This document shows positions 9,371 to 17,297 of a DNA stretch of 64,000 nt, piece after piece (positions within the stretch are counted from its first letter, which is position 1; every line of letters begins with the position of its first letter). Origin of the DNA: Oscillospiraceae bacterium. Its GTDB lineage: Bacteria; Bacillota; Clostridia; Oscillospirales; CAG-272. The DNA is taken from contig SVQX01000001.1 of the NCBI GenBank assembly GCA_015065065.1, positions 30,698 to 94,697 on the forward strand, read 5' to 3'. Both the position numbers and the translations under genes were made by a program. The notes under the pieces are model-generated. The model saw nothing but the letters and a program-made list of their open reading frames with translations. It had not been told where the DNA came from and did no database searches.

Positions 9371-9635
9371 AAAATAAAAGCGCCCCCTCGGGGCGCGCAA
9401 AGACAGAGGATACCCTGCCCGTATCCCCAATTTCCGCATTTCCCCGTTGCCCAAGAAGCTTTTATCGGCACAGAACGATAAGCATTCCGACTTGTGAAAT
9501 AAATTTCAGATACGGTAATGGCTGTTGCTGCAGATTCTCACTGCGATTTCCTTATCCCCGAGCGTCAGCGTCAAGCACCGCGCCCGATTCCCCGACTGCA
9601 TTTGCGTCGCGGCGGACTGTGTTATTCTTTTGTGT
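9371..9635 (-). promoter_or_regulatory. candidate cobalamin riboswitch leader with terminator expression platform
   Basis: The leader between the promoter and the RBS is about 300 nt. The hairpin gcag-UGAGAAU-ctgc (9530..9544) resembles the conserved GGUGnGAAUCC loop, and it is preceded by aaggaaa. The terminator gcgcccc-gag-ggggcgc plus ttttatttt (9371..9398) sits just before the RBS. The B12-box match (aagtcggaatgcttatcg) is poor. Confidence 0.45.
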
Positions 9636-9641
9636 AACGAC

Positions 9642-9670
9642 ATTATAGCACATCAATACCCAAATTGCAA
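9642..9670 (-). promoter_or_regulatory. sigma-A promoter of the DUF4430 operon
   Basis: On the minus strand: TTGCAA (9665..9670), 17 nt, TGcTATAAT (-10 at 9642..9647). Confidence 0.6.
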
Positions 9671-9689
9671 TATCTTTTTGCTGTTTTTA

Positions 9690-9718
9690 TTGACAATTTT
9701 ATCTTTTTGTGATAAACT
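9690..9718 (+). promoter_or_regulatory. sigma-A promoter of eutH
   Basis: TTGACA (9690..9695), 17 nt, TGaTAAACT (-10 at 9713..9718). It stands back-to-back with the minus-strand promoter 20 bp away. Confidence 0.55.
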
Positions 9719-9756
9719 CATATCCACAGTGATTATTGGCTTTTGGGAGGAATACC

Positions 9757-10878
9757 GTGAATTTTCTATCCTACTTTATGCTCGCCTTCTCCATTCTCGC
9801 AGCAATAGATATGATAATCGGAAACCGCTTCGGACTCGGCAAGGAATTCGAGCGCGGATTTATGTTCTTCGGAACAATGGCACTTACTATGATCGGTATG
9901 ATAATACTCGCGCCGTGGATAGCCGAGCTTCTCTCCCCCGCATTCGATTGGGTATACAACACTCTGCACATTGATCCGTCAATTATACCCGCATCTCTTT
10001 TTGCAAACGATATGGGCGGTGCGCCTTTAGCGGCGAGTGTCGCACGGAACGAGCAAATCGGAATGTTCAACGCGCTGGTGGTATCCTCTATGATGGGCTG
10101 CACCATATCCTTTACCATCCCATTTGCACTGGGCGCGGTAAAAAAAGAAAATCACCGTCAGGTCTTGCTGGGACTGCTCTGCGGAATTGCCACAATTCCC
10201 GTCGGTTGCTTCGTGGGCGGACTTATTGCGAGAGTTTCTATCCTTCCTCTGCTCGTTGACCTCCTTCCCCTCATTATTTTTTCGGGCATCATTACATTTG
10301 GACTGCTAAAGTTCCCAAGCGTGTGCATCAAAATTTTCGGCATGCTCGGTACGGGAATAAAAATACTTATCACCTTCGGCCTTGTTCTGGGAATTATCCA
10401 ATTCTTAACGGGATACGAAATAATAAAAGGAGTGGATACGCTGGAGAGCGGAGCAAAGGTCTGCCTTAACGCCGCCGTGTTTATGACGGGTGCATTTCCA
10501 TTTATCTTCATTCTTTCCAAGCTGCTCAATAAGCCCATGTCAAAAATCGGCGCAAAATTAGGCATTGACGCACTTTCCTCGCTTTCTCTTGTTTCTACCT
10601 TGGCAACTAACGCTACTACTTTTGCCAATATGGATCAAATGAACGGTCGCGGTATGGTGCTTAACTCTGCCTTTGCCGTATCAGGAGCGTTCGTTTTCGC
10701 GGCGCATCTTGCATTTACTATGGCGTTTCCCGGCGGCAGTGCGTACATACTTCCCATGATAATCGGCAAGCTGGTTGCGGGCGTTTTGTCGGTGATCCTC
10801 GGTATTTTCATCAGCAAACGCAGCTTGAAGGAAGAAAAAGTTTACGCCGACACTAACATTGACGTCAAAAACCCTTGA
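9757..10878 (+). CDS. eutH: EutH-family permease (ethanolamine utilisation protein EutH-like)
   Basis: GTG at 9757 follows gggagga. It is a polytopic membrane protein; the N-terminal block IGNRFGLGKEFERGF and the ANDMGGAPLA motif match EutH. Confidence 0.8.
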   Translation: MNFLSYFMLAFSILAAIDMIIGNRFGLGKEFERGFMFFGTMALTMIGMIILAPWIAELLSPAFDWVYNTLHIDPSIIPASLFANDMGGAPLAASVARNEQIGMFNALVVSSMMGCTISFTIPFALGAVKKENHRQVLLGLLCGIATIPVGCFVGGLIARVSILPLLVDLLPLIIFSGIITFGLLKFPSVCIKIFGMLGTGIKILITFGLVLGIIQFLTGYEIIKGVDTLESGAKVCLNAAVFMTGAFPFIFILSKLLNKPMSKIGAKLGIDALSSLSLVSTLATNATTFANMDQMNGRGMVLNSAFAVSGAFVFAAHLAFTMAFPGGSAYILPMIIGKLVAGVLSVILGIFISKRSLKEEKVYADTNIDVKNP

Positions 10879-10903
10879 CAAACGCGAATGTGTGTGATAT
10901 AAT
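10875..10903 (+). promoter_or_regulatory. sigma-A promoter of the SCIFF precursor
   Basis: TTGACA (10875..10880, overlapping the eutH stop), 17 nt, TGaTATAAT (-10 at 10898..10903). Confidence 0.6.
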
Positions 10904-10944
10904 TTGAAGAGTAAGCAATTTATTTCTTAAAAGGAGATACTGAT

Positions 10945-11097
10945 ATGAAGAGAATCAAGACTATCGAAACACGCGACCTCGCCAAGAGCGTTAACAACGG
11001 CGGTTGCGGCGAGTGCCAGACCTCCTGCCAGTCTGCTTGCAAGACCTCCTGCGGTGTTGCAAATCAGCAGTGCGAAAAGGCTGAAAAGAAGCACTGA
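10945..11097 (+). CDS. scfA: SCIFF six-cysteine ranthipeptide precursor
   Basis: This 50-aa ORF is absent from the track. RBS aaggaga lies 6 nt upstream. Translation: MKRIKTIETRDLAKSVNNGGCGECQTSCQSACKTSCGVANQQCEKAEKKH, containing the SCIFF core GGCGECQTSCQSACKTSC. It lies directly upstream of its maturase. Confidence 0.92.
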   Translation: MKRIKTIETRDLAKSVNNGGCGECQTSCQSACKTSCGVANQQCEKAEKKH

Positions 11098-11138
11098 TGC
11101 CCTCCCGTCACGGCACTCGCCGTGGATAGCGGGAGATA

Positions 11139-11185
11139 CAGAGCCGTGCGTTCCGCTTATGTTGCGGCGGCGGCTCTGTTTTTTT
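11139..11185 (+). terminator. intrinsic terminator/attenuator between scfA and scfB
   Basis: Stem cagagccg/cggctctg with an inner ccgc/gcgg stem, followed by T7. It is preceded by a second hairpin ctcccg...cgggag (11102..11135). Confidence 0.65.
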
Positions 11186-11240
11186 GTGAATAACAACTAT
11201 ATTTTTTACATATTGCCCGTGCGGCATAGATCGGAGTTTT

Positions 11241-12698
11241 ATGATACATCAGTATAAATTGGGTGACTATAATATCGTGCTTGACGTTTTTTCGGGCTCG
11301 GTGCATTGTGTTGACGAGGTGGCTTACGACATGATCTCCATGTTTGAATCGCACAGCCGCGATGAAATAATTGCCGAAATGCTCAAAAAATACGGTCACC
11401 TTGAGGACGTCAACGAAAGCGAGCTTTGCGAGTGCTATGAGGATATTTGCGCTCTGCGCGACAGTGGCAAGCTGTTCGTGGAGGATACCTACGCCGACAA
11501 GGCTTTTGACTTCAAAAACCGCTCCACCGAGGTAAAGGCACTTTGCCTTCACGTTGCGCACACCTGCAACCTCAACTGCGAATATTGCTTTGCGGCTCAA
11601 GGAAAATATCACGGCGAGCGCGCAGTGATGTCCTTTGAGGTTGGCAAGCGCGCCATTGATTTTCTTGTGGAAAATTCGGGCAAGCGCAAAAATCTTGAGC
11701 TTGACTTTTTCGGCGGCGAGCCGCTGATGAATTGGGACGTATGTAAGCAAATAGTCGGGTATGCCCGCTCTATCGAGAAGCAACACAATAAGAATTTCCG
11801 CTTTACCCTGACTACAAACGGCCTCTTGCTTGACGACGAGGTCATTGACTTTGCCAACCGTGAGATGCACAACGTAGTGCTGAGCCTTGACGGACGCCGC
11901 GAGGTACACGACAGACTCCGCCGTACAGTCAACGGCAAGGGCAGCTACGACACTATCGTTCCCAAATTTCAAAACTTTATTGAGAAGCGTATGAGCCCCG
12001 ACAACGACGGCTTCCGCGGCTATTATATGCGCGGCACGTTCACGCACAACAACACCGACTTTACAAACGACATCCTCCAAATGCTTGATCTCGGCTTTAC
12101 CGAGCTTTCAATGGAGCCTGTGGTCTGCTCGCCCGACGACCCTTACGCGCTGACCGACGCCGATCTGCCCGTACTCTACGAGCAGTACGAAAAGCTTGCG
12201 TTTGAAATGATAAAGCGCCGTCGCGAAGGGCGTCCCTTCACATTTTACCACTATATGATAGACCTTACGGGAGGTCCTTGCATCTACAAGCGCATCTCGG
12301 GCTGTGGCTCGGGAACGGAATATATGGCTGTCACCCCTTGGGGCGACCTCTATCCATGCCACCAGTTCGTGGGCGACGACAAGTACAAGCTTGGCGACAT
12401 CTGGAACGGCGTCAGCAACACTCAGCTGCGCGACGAATTCAAGCTGTGCAACGCCTACGCGCGTCCCGATTGCAAGGATTGCTGGGCAAAGCTGTATTGC
12501 AGCGGCGGCTGTGCGGCAAACGCATACCACGCGACGGGCTCTATTACGGGAATCTACGGCTACGGCTGTGAGCTATTTAAAAAACGCATGGAGTGCGCTA
12601 TAATGGTTAAAATAGCAGAGGCGGAAATGGGCGTGTCCACCGATACGTCAATACCGGGCGAGTCAGCTTGCGACGGCTGCGACTCCGACTGCAAATAA
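11241..12698 (+). CDS. scfB: SCIFF radical SAM maturase (thioether-forming, SPASM domain)
   Basis: 485 aa. It has the characteristic N-terminus MIHQYKLGDYNIVLDVFSGSVHCVDEVAYD, the CNLNCEYC radical SAM motif and a Cys-rich SPASM C-terminus. Confidence 0.92.
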   Translation: MIHQYKLGDYNIVLDVFSGSVHCVDEVAYDMISMFESHSRDEIIAEMLKKYGHLEDVNESELCECYEDICALRDSGKLFVEDTYADKAFDFKNRSTEVKALCLHVAHTCNLNCEYCFAAQGKYHGERAVMSFEVGKRAIDFLVENSGKRKNLELDFFGGEPLMNWDVCKQIVGYARSIEKQHNKNFRFTLTTNGLLLDDEVIDFANREMHNVVLSLDGRREVHDRLRRTVNGKGSYDTIVPKFQNFIEKRMSPDNDGFRGYYMRGTFTHNNTDFTNDILQMLDLGFTELSMEPVVCSPDDPYALTDADLPVLYEQYEKLAFEMIKRRREGRPFTFYHYMIDLTGGPCIYKRISGCGSGTEYMAVTPWGDLYPCHQFVGDDKYKLGDIWNGVSNTQLRDEFKLCNAYARPDCKDCWAKLYCSGGCAANAYHATGSITGIYGYGCELFKKRMECAIMVKIAEAEMGVSTDTSIPGESACDGCDSDCK

Positions 12699-12725
12699 AA
12701 TGCGTAAGAAAGGAATCGGTACGTT

Positions 12726-15122
12726 ATGAGCTTTTCTGATAAGACTATAAGAACGCTTGAATTTGATAAGATCTGCGCCCTGCTCGCCGAATGTGCCGAG
12801 ACCGAGGGTGCTGTCGAAATGGCGCACACCCTTACCCCCTCCGACGACACCTATACCGTCCTTCGCCGTCAGCGCAGGACGACGGACGCACAGCGCCTTG
12901 CAAACGTCAAGGGTGCGCCCTCGTTTGGAAGGATCAAGGACGTCAGCGAAGCCTGCGAGCGCGCCGAAAAGGGCGCGGCGCTCTCTCCGCGCGATCTGCT
13001 TGAAATTGCTAAAATACTTAAAAGCGCGCGTATTCTCTCCGACTACCACACGGGAAATCACCCGTTTGACACGTCGCTGGACGAGATATTCGAGCGGCTT
13101 ATTCCCAACCGCACGGTGGAGGATAAAATATCCCGCGCCATACTCTCGGAGGATATGATAGCTGACGAGGCATCCCCCGCCCTTGCCGACATCCGCCGAA
13201 AGATACGCAACGAAAACGCAAAAATAAAAGAAACTCTCCAGAAGATGATAACGAGCAACGCGAAATATCTTCAGGAGAATATAGTCACTATGCGCGGCGG
13301 CAGATACGTTATCCCCGTCAAGGCAGAGTGTAAAAACGAGGTAAAGGGACTCGTTCACGACACCTCCTCCAAGGGCTCTACCATATTTATCGAGCCTATG
13401 GCAGTGGTTGAATCCAACAACGAGATACGCCTGCTTCAGACCCGCGAGGAGCATGAGATTGAGCGTATCCTCGCCGAGCTTTCGGCGGCAGTGGCTGATA
13501 TTTCGGACGGCGTTCTGCTCAACGTAAAGAACATCAACGAGCTTGCGTTTATATTTGCCTGCGCCGAGCTCTCCAACCGCATGAAGGGCATCTCCCCCAC
13601 AATTTCGGGCGACAGACAGGTTCGCCTTATCGGTGCGCGACATCCGCTCATTGACAAAAACAAGGTCGTACCCATTGATATCGCCATTGGCGGCGAGTAC
13701 GACTCCCTCGTTATCACGGGCCCTAATACGGGCGGTAAGACGGTTTCGCTTAAAACCGTGGGGCTTTTCGCCCTTATGACTCAGGCGGGACTTCACATCC
13801 CCGCCGAGCCGAATTCGGCTATTTGCATTTACGACAATATTCTCGTTGACCTAGGCGACGAGCAGAGCATCGAGCAATCGCTCTCCACCTTCTCCTCCCA
13901 TATGGTCAATATCGTTTCCATAGTCAAGCACGTCGGCGAGCGGTCGCTCGTGCTGTTTGACGAGCTGGGCGGCGGCACAGACCCCGTTGAGGGTGCGGCG
14001 CTTGCTATCGCCGTTATCGAAGCCGTAAGAGCGACGGGCGCGGCGTGTATCGCCACCACTCACTACGCCGAGCTGAAGGCTTACGCGCTTGAAACTGACG
14101 GAGTTTGCAACGCAAGCTGTGAGTTTGACGTGGCAACCTTAAAGCCCACCTACCGACTCATAATCGGCTCGCCCGGCAAGTCCAACGCCTTTGCCATTTC
14201 GGAAAAGCTGGGACTGCCCGAGTCTATCATCAAGCGCGCTGAAATGCTTGTCAGCACTGAAAACAAGAGCTTCGAAAACGTGATCGAGCAGCTTGAAGCC
14301 ACCCGACTCTCCCTTGACCGAGAGCGCGAGGAGGCAGAGCGCTTGCGCGTTGAATACGAGGCGTTTAAATTAAAATCCGAGCGTGAGCTGCGCCAAAAGC
14401 TTGAAAGCGCCGAGCGCGAGGCTGAAAAGCTACGCGCAAAAGCGGCAGGCATGGTGGCAAGCGCCAAGGCATCCTGCGACTTTATCTACGAGCAGATGGA
14501 AAAAATGAAGCGCGCCAAGGATTCTGCGCGCGAGGCGGAGGAGCTTGAAGCCGCTCGCCGCGCCGTCCGCGAGCATCTGCGAAGCCACGGCGACGCATTT
14601 GATCCCATTGACACGCGCGCACCCGAGGACGAGGGAGAATACGTCCTCCCCCGCCCGCTGAAAAAGGGCGATAAGGTGCGGATCGTCAGCATTGGTAAGG
14701 AGGGTTATCTTATGGAAGACCCCAACAGCCGCGGAATGGTCAACGTTCAGGCAGGCATTCTCAAAACCAAGGCTAAGGTCAGCGACCTGCGGCTTATCCT
14801 TGAGGAAGCCACCGTTACTGAAGCAAAAAGCGGCAAGAAAATGCCCGCGTCGTCTTACAGTGTCGAGCGTTCCAATAGCTTCAAGACCGAGATCGATCTG
14901 CGCGGCATGATAGGAGACGAGGCGTGGTTTGCGGTGGACAAATACCTTGACGACGCGCTGATGTATAACGTGCAAACTGTGCATCTTATCCACGGCAAGG
15001 GCACGGGAGCGCTCAAAAATGCCCTGTGGAAATATCTGCGCACCGACTCCCGAATCGCCTCCTTCCGCCTCGGCAAATACGGCGAGGGCGACGGCGGAGT
15101 GACCGTTGTGGAATTGAAGTAA
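12726..15122 (+). CDS. mutS2: endonuclease MutS2 (MutS domain plus C-terminal Smr)
   Basis: 798 aa with Walker A GPNTGGKT, a coiled-coil region and a C-terminal Smr block (IDLRGM...VHLIHGKGTGALK). Confidence 0.92.
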   Translation: MSFSDKTIRTLEFDKICALLAECAETEGAVEMAHTLTPSDDTYTVLRRQRRTTDAQRLANVKGAPSFGRIKDVSEACERAEKGAALSPRDLLEIAKILKSARILSDYHTGNHPFDTSLDEIFERLIPNRTVEDKISRAILSEDMIADEASPALADIRRKIRNENAKIKETLQKMITSNAKYLQENIVTMRGGRYVIPVKAECKNEVKGLVHDTSSKGSTIFIEPMAVVESNNEIRLLQTREEHEIERILAELSAAVADISDGVLLNVKNINELAFIFACAELSNRMKGISPTISGDRQVRLIGARHPLIDKNKVVPIDIAIGGEYDSLVITGPNTGGKTVSLKTVGLFALMTQAGLHIPAEPNSAICIYDNILVDLGDEQSIEQSLSTFSSHMVNIVSIVKHVGERSLVLFDELGGGTDPVEGAALAIAVIEAVRATGAACIATTHYAELKAYALETDGVCNASCEFDVATLKPTYRLIIGSPGKSNAFAISEKLGLPESIIKRAEMLVSTENKSFENVIEQLEATRLSLDREREEAERLRVEYEAFKLKSERELRQKLESAEREAEKLRAKAAGMVASAKASCDFIYEQMEKMKRAKDSAREAEELEAARRAVREHLRSHGDAFDPIDTRAPEDEGEYVLPRPLKKGDKVRIVSIGKEGYLMEDPNSRGMVNVQAGILKTKAKVSDLRLILEEATVTEAKSGKKMPASSYSVERSNSFKTEIDLRGMIGDEAWFAVDKYLDDALMYNVQTVHLIHGKGTGALKNALWKYLRTDSRIASFRLGKYGEGDGGVTVVELK

Positions 15123-15141
15123 TTACTAAGTGGAGATAACT

Positions 15142-16935
15142 ATGCGATACGTTAAAATTTTCGCCACACTGCTTTTACTGCTTTGTTTTACATCCTGCAA
15201 TTCTAAAAACGAAAACGGAGAATCTGCAGGATTGGAATTTCAATCTTATAAGGACGGCACGTGCTATATCGAAGGAATAGGCGAGTGCAAGGATAAGGAT
15301 ATCGTTATACCTCCGACATCACCCGCCGGCGATACTGTTATCGCCATTGGCGACAATGCATTCAGCCAATGCGAGAAGGTTAAAAGTATTATTATTCCCG
15401 AGGGAGTAACGTCCATAGGCGAAAATGCTTTTGCAAACTGTACCGCCTTGGAAAAAATCTCCCTTCCGAGCAGCCTTACCTCTATGAAATGCAATTTTAA
15501 TGATTGCGACAATCTGAAATATAACGATTATAATAACGCCTACTATCTCGGAAACAGCGAAAATCCTTATATATATCTCGCTAAAGCCAAAAGCACCGAT
15601 ATTGGAGACTGCTTTATACATTTCGATGCAAAATTCATTTCCGATTACGCCTTCGCAGATTGTATGAATATCTCCGAGGTAATAATTCCCGAATCTATCA
15701 CCCGCATTTCAAGCTATGCGTTTGATGGCTGTGCCAACCTCCGCAACGTCACTCTGCACAGTGGGATCACAAGCATAGGCTCGGGCGCGTTTCAAGGTTG
15801 CTCTGCCCTTGCATCCATAACACTTCCCGAAGGTCTGCAAAATATAGGCGATGCAGCATTCTCAAATTGCTCCGCCCTTACATCTATGATACTTCCCGAA
15901 AGCCTGCAAAGCATCGGCAGCGGCGCGTTTTCAAATTGCTCCGCCCTGACATCCATAACACTTCCCGAAAACCTGCAAAGCATCGGTAGCGGTGCTTTTG
16001 GCGGATGTATTGGCGTGACCGAGATAACTATTCCCGATTCGGTCGCGGATTTCCAATCAAATGGGGTGTTTTCCGAATGTCATTCCCTCACCAAGGTAAC
16101 TCTTCCGGACAGCATCACCTGCTTTGGATGGGAAATGTTCAAAAATTGCCAACAGCTGAGAGAGATAAATATTCCTCAAAATCTTAAAACAGTTGAAAAC
16201 TGTGCTTTTTCGAATTGTTGCAACATTACCTCAATCGAATTTCCCGACGGATTAGAGCGTATAGAGGAAGGGGCGTTTGCGGACTGTCGGGCGCTTTCCG
16301 TTATCCGCATTCCCGACAGCATACAATATATCGGGCAATATGCTTTTCAAAATTGCGAGCAGTTAACGTTCAACCAAAACGAAGGAACGGGAAAATATCT
16401 GGGCAACGAGAGCAATCCGTACGCTGCGCTGGTTTCTTCAAGTGTTTCAATAAATGCCCCCGCGCCGTTCATCATGCACCCTGACACACGGGCGATTGGA
16501 GTACGTGCCTTTAATTATTCCGGCGTTACGAGCGTAACGTTCTCCAAGCATATAACCGTAATTCCTTACCTATCGTTTTATGGCTGTGAATATCTTACCG
16601 CAGTAGCATTGCCTTCCGGCATCACGGTAATTGAGGAGGAAGCCTTTACCGGCTGTAAGAATCTCAAAGAGCTATCCCTTCCCAAAACCTTGATATTCAT
16701 AGGAGGCAGAGCCTTCAAAGGCTGTCAAGCGCTGGTCGCCATAGTCATTCCCGCCACCGTAAAAACAATTAACATTGACGCTTTCGCGGAATGCACAAAT
16801 CTTGTGACGGTTATATTTGAGGATCCCAACGGATGGATAGTGAACAATGCTGAGCTGTCACCGCCAAAATCACCGGAAACTGCCGCGCGGTATTTGAAAG
16901 CAACATACTCCGCGTATGAGTGGAGCAAAAAGTGA
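15142..16935 (+). CDS. BspA-type leucine-rich-repeat lipoprotein
   Basis: ATG at 15142 follows ggaga. Signal plus lipobox is LLCFTSC. It contains more than 15 repeats of the IPxxVxxIGxxAFxxCxxL type. GC is lower than in the neighbouring genes. Confidence 0.85.
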   Translation: MRYVKIFATLLLLLCFTSCNSKNENGESAGLEFQSYKDGTCYIEGIGECKDKDIVIPPTSPAGDTVIAIGDNAFSQCEKVKSIIIPEGVTSIGENAFANCTALEKISLPSSLTSMKCNFNDCDNLKYNDYNNAYYLGNSENPYIYLAKAKSTDIGDCFIHFDAKFISDYAFADCMNISEVIIPESITRISSYAFDGCANLRNVTLHSGITSIGSGAFQGCSALASITLPEGLQNIGDAAFSNCSALTSMILPESLQSIGSGAFSNCSALTSITLPENLQSIGSGAFGGCIGVTEITIPDSVADFQSNGVFSECHSLTKVTLPDSITCFGWEMFKNCQQLREINIPQNLKTVENCAFSNCCNITSIEFPDGLERIEEGAFADCRALSVIRIPDSIQYIGQYAFQNCEQLTFNQNEGTGKYLGNESNPYAALVSSSVSINAPAPFIMHPDTRAIGVRAFNYSGVTSVTFSKHITVIPYLSFYGCEYLTAVALPSGITVIEEEAFTGCKNLKELSLPKTLIFIGGRAFKGCQALVAIVIPATVKTINIDAFAECTNLVTVIFEDPNGWIVNNAELSPPKSPETAARYLKATYSAYEWSKK

Positions 16936-16978
16936 GCTCTTTTTAACGGCCTTTCCGTTGTAGAATTGATATAATAAA

Positions 16979-17158
16979 CGGGCTGTCTCACTAACGTGAT
17001 CCAGCCCACGAAATCGAACTTGACGAATGGAATTCGTCATTTTGGCGATAAAAAAGTATAGAATTTTCTTCGGAAAGACGCCAAAAATGTTCGAGTTTCC
17101 GAAAATGATGGGTTCCTTGCCATCATTTTCGAAGGGGCTGTCTTAATGAGACAGCCCC
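16979..17158 (+). repeat. 180-bp structured MITE-like element, copy A
   Basis: By manual alignment it is 171/180 identical (no indels) to the reverse complement of 32728..32907. The termini gggctgtctcactaa and ttaatgagacagcccc are inverted. Internal hairpins are tgacgaat/attcgtca and gaaaatgatgg/ccatcattttc. It starts 44 nt after the stop of the upstream gene. Confidence 0.85.
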
Positions 17159-17297
17159 TTCCGCTCAACTGAGTGAGATGCACTTTTATTGTAAACAATC
17201 TGTAAACATGCGCAGGGCGGGCGAAAAAACGTTGACTTTTACCCCACGTAAAAGTCTATAATGCAAGTCCAACGTATATTTCAAAAGGAGGACACAA

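Noticed and set aside
9719-9727. DnaA-box-like atatccaca
   Set aside because: It is a single copy with one mismatch, lies inside the eutH 5' UTR, and has no AT-rich unwinding element or box cluster. It is not an origin.
11157-13796. Long minus-strand ORFs 11157..12080 (307 aa) and 12663..13796 (377 aa)
   Set aside because: They are antisense to the strongly supported scfB and mutS2 genes and translate to low-complexity Val/Ala/Arg-rich sequence. This is typical of a GC-rich third-position mirror frame.
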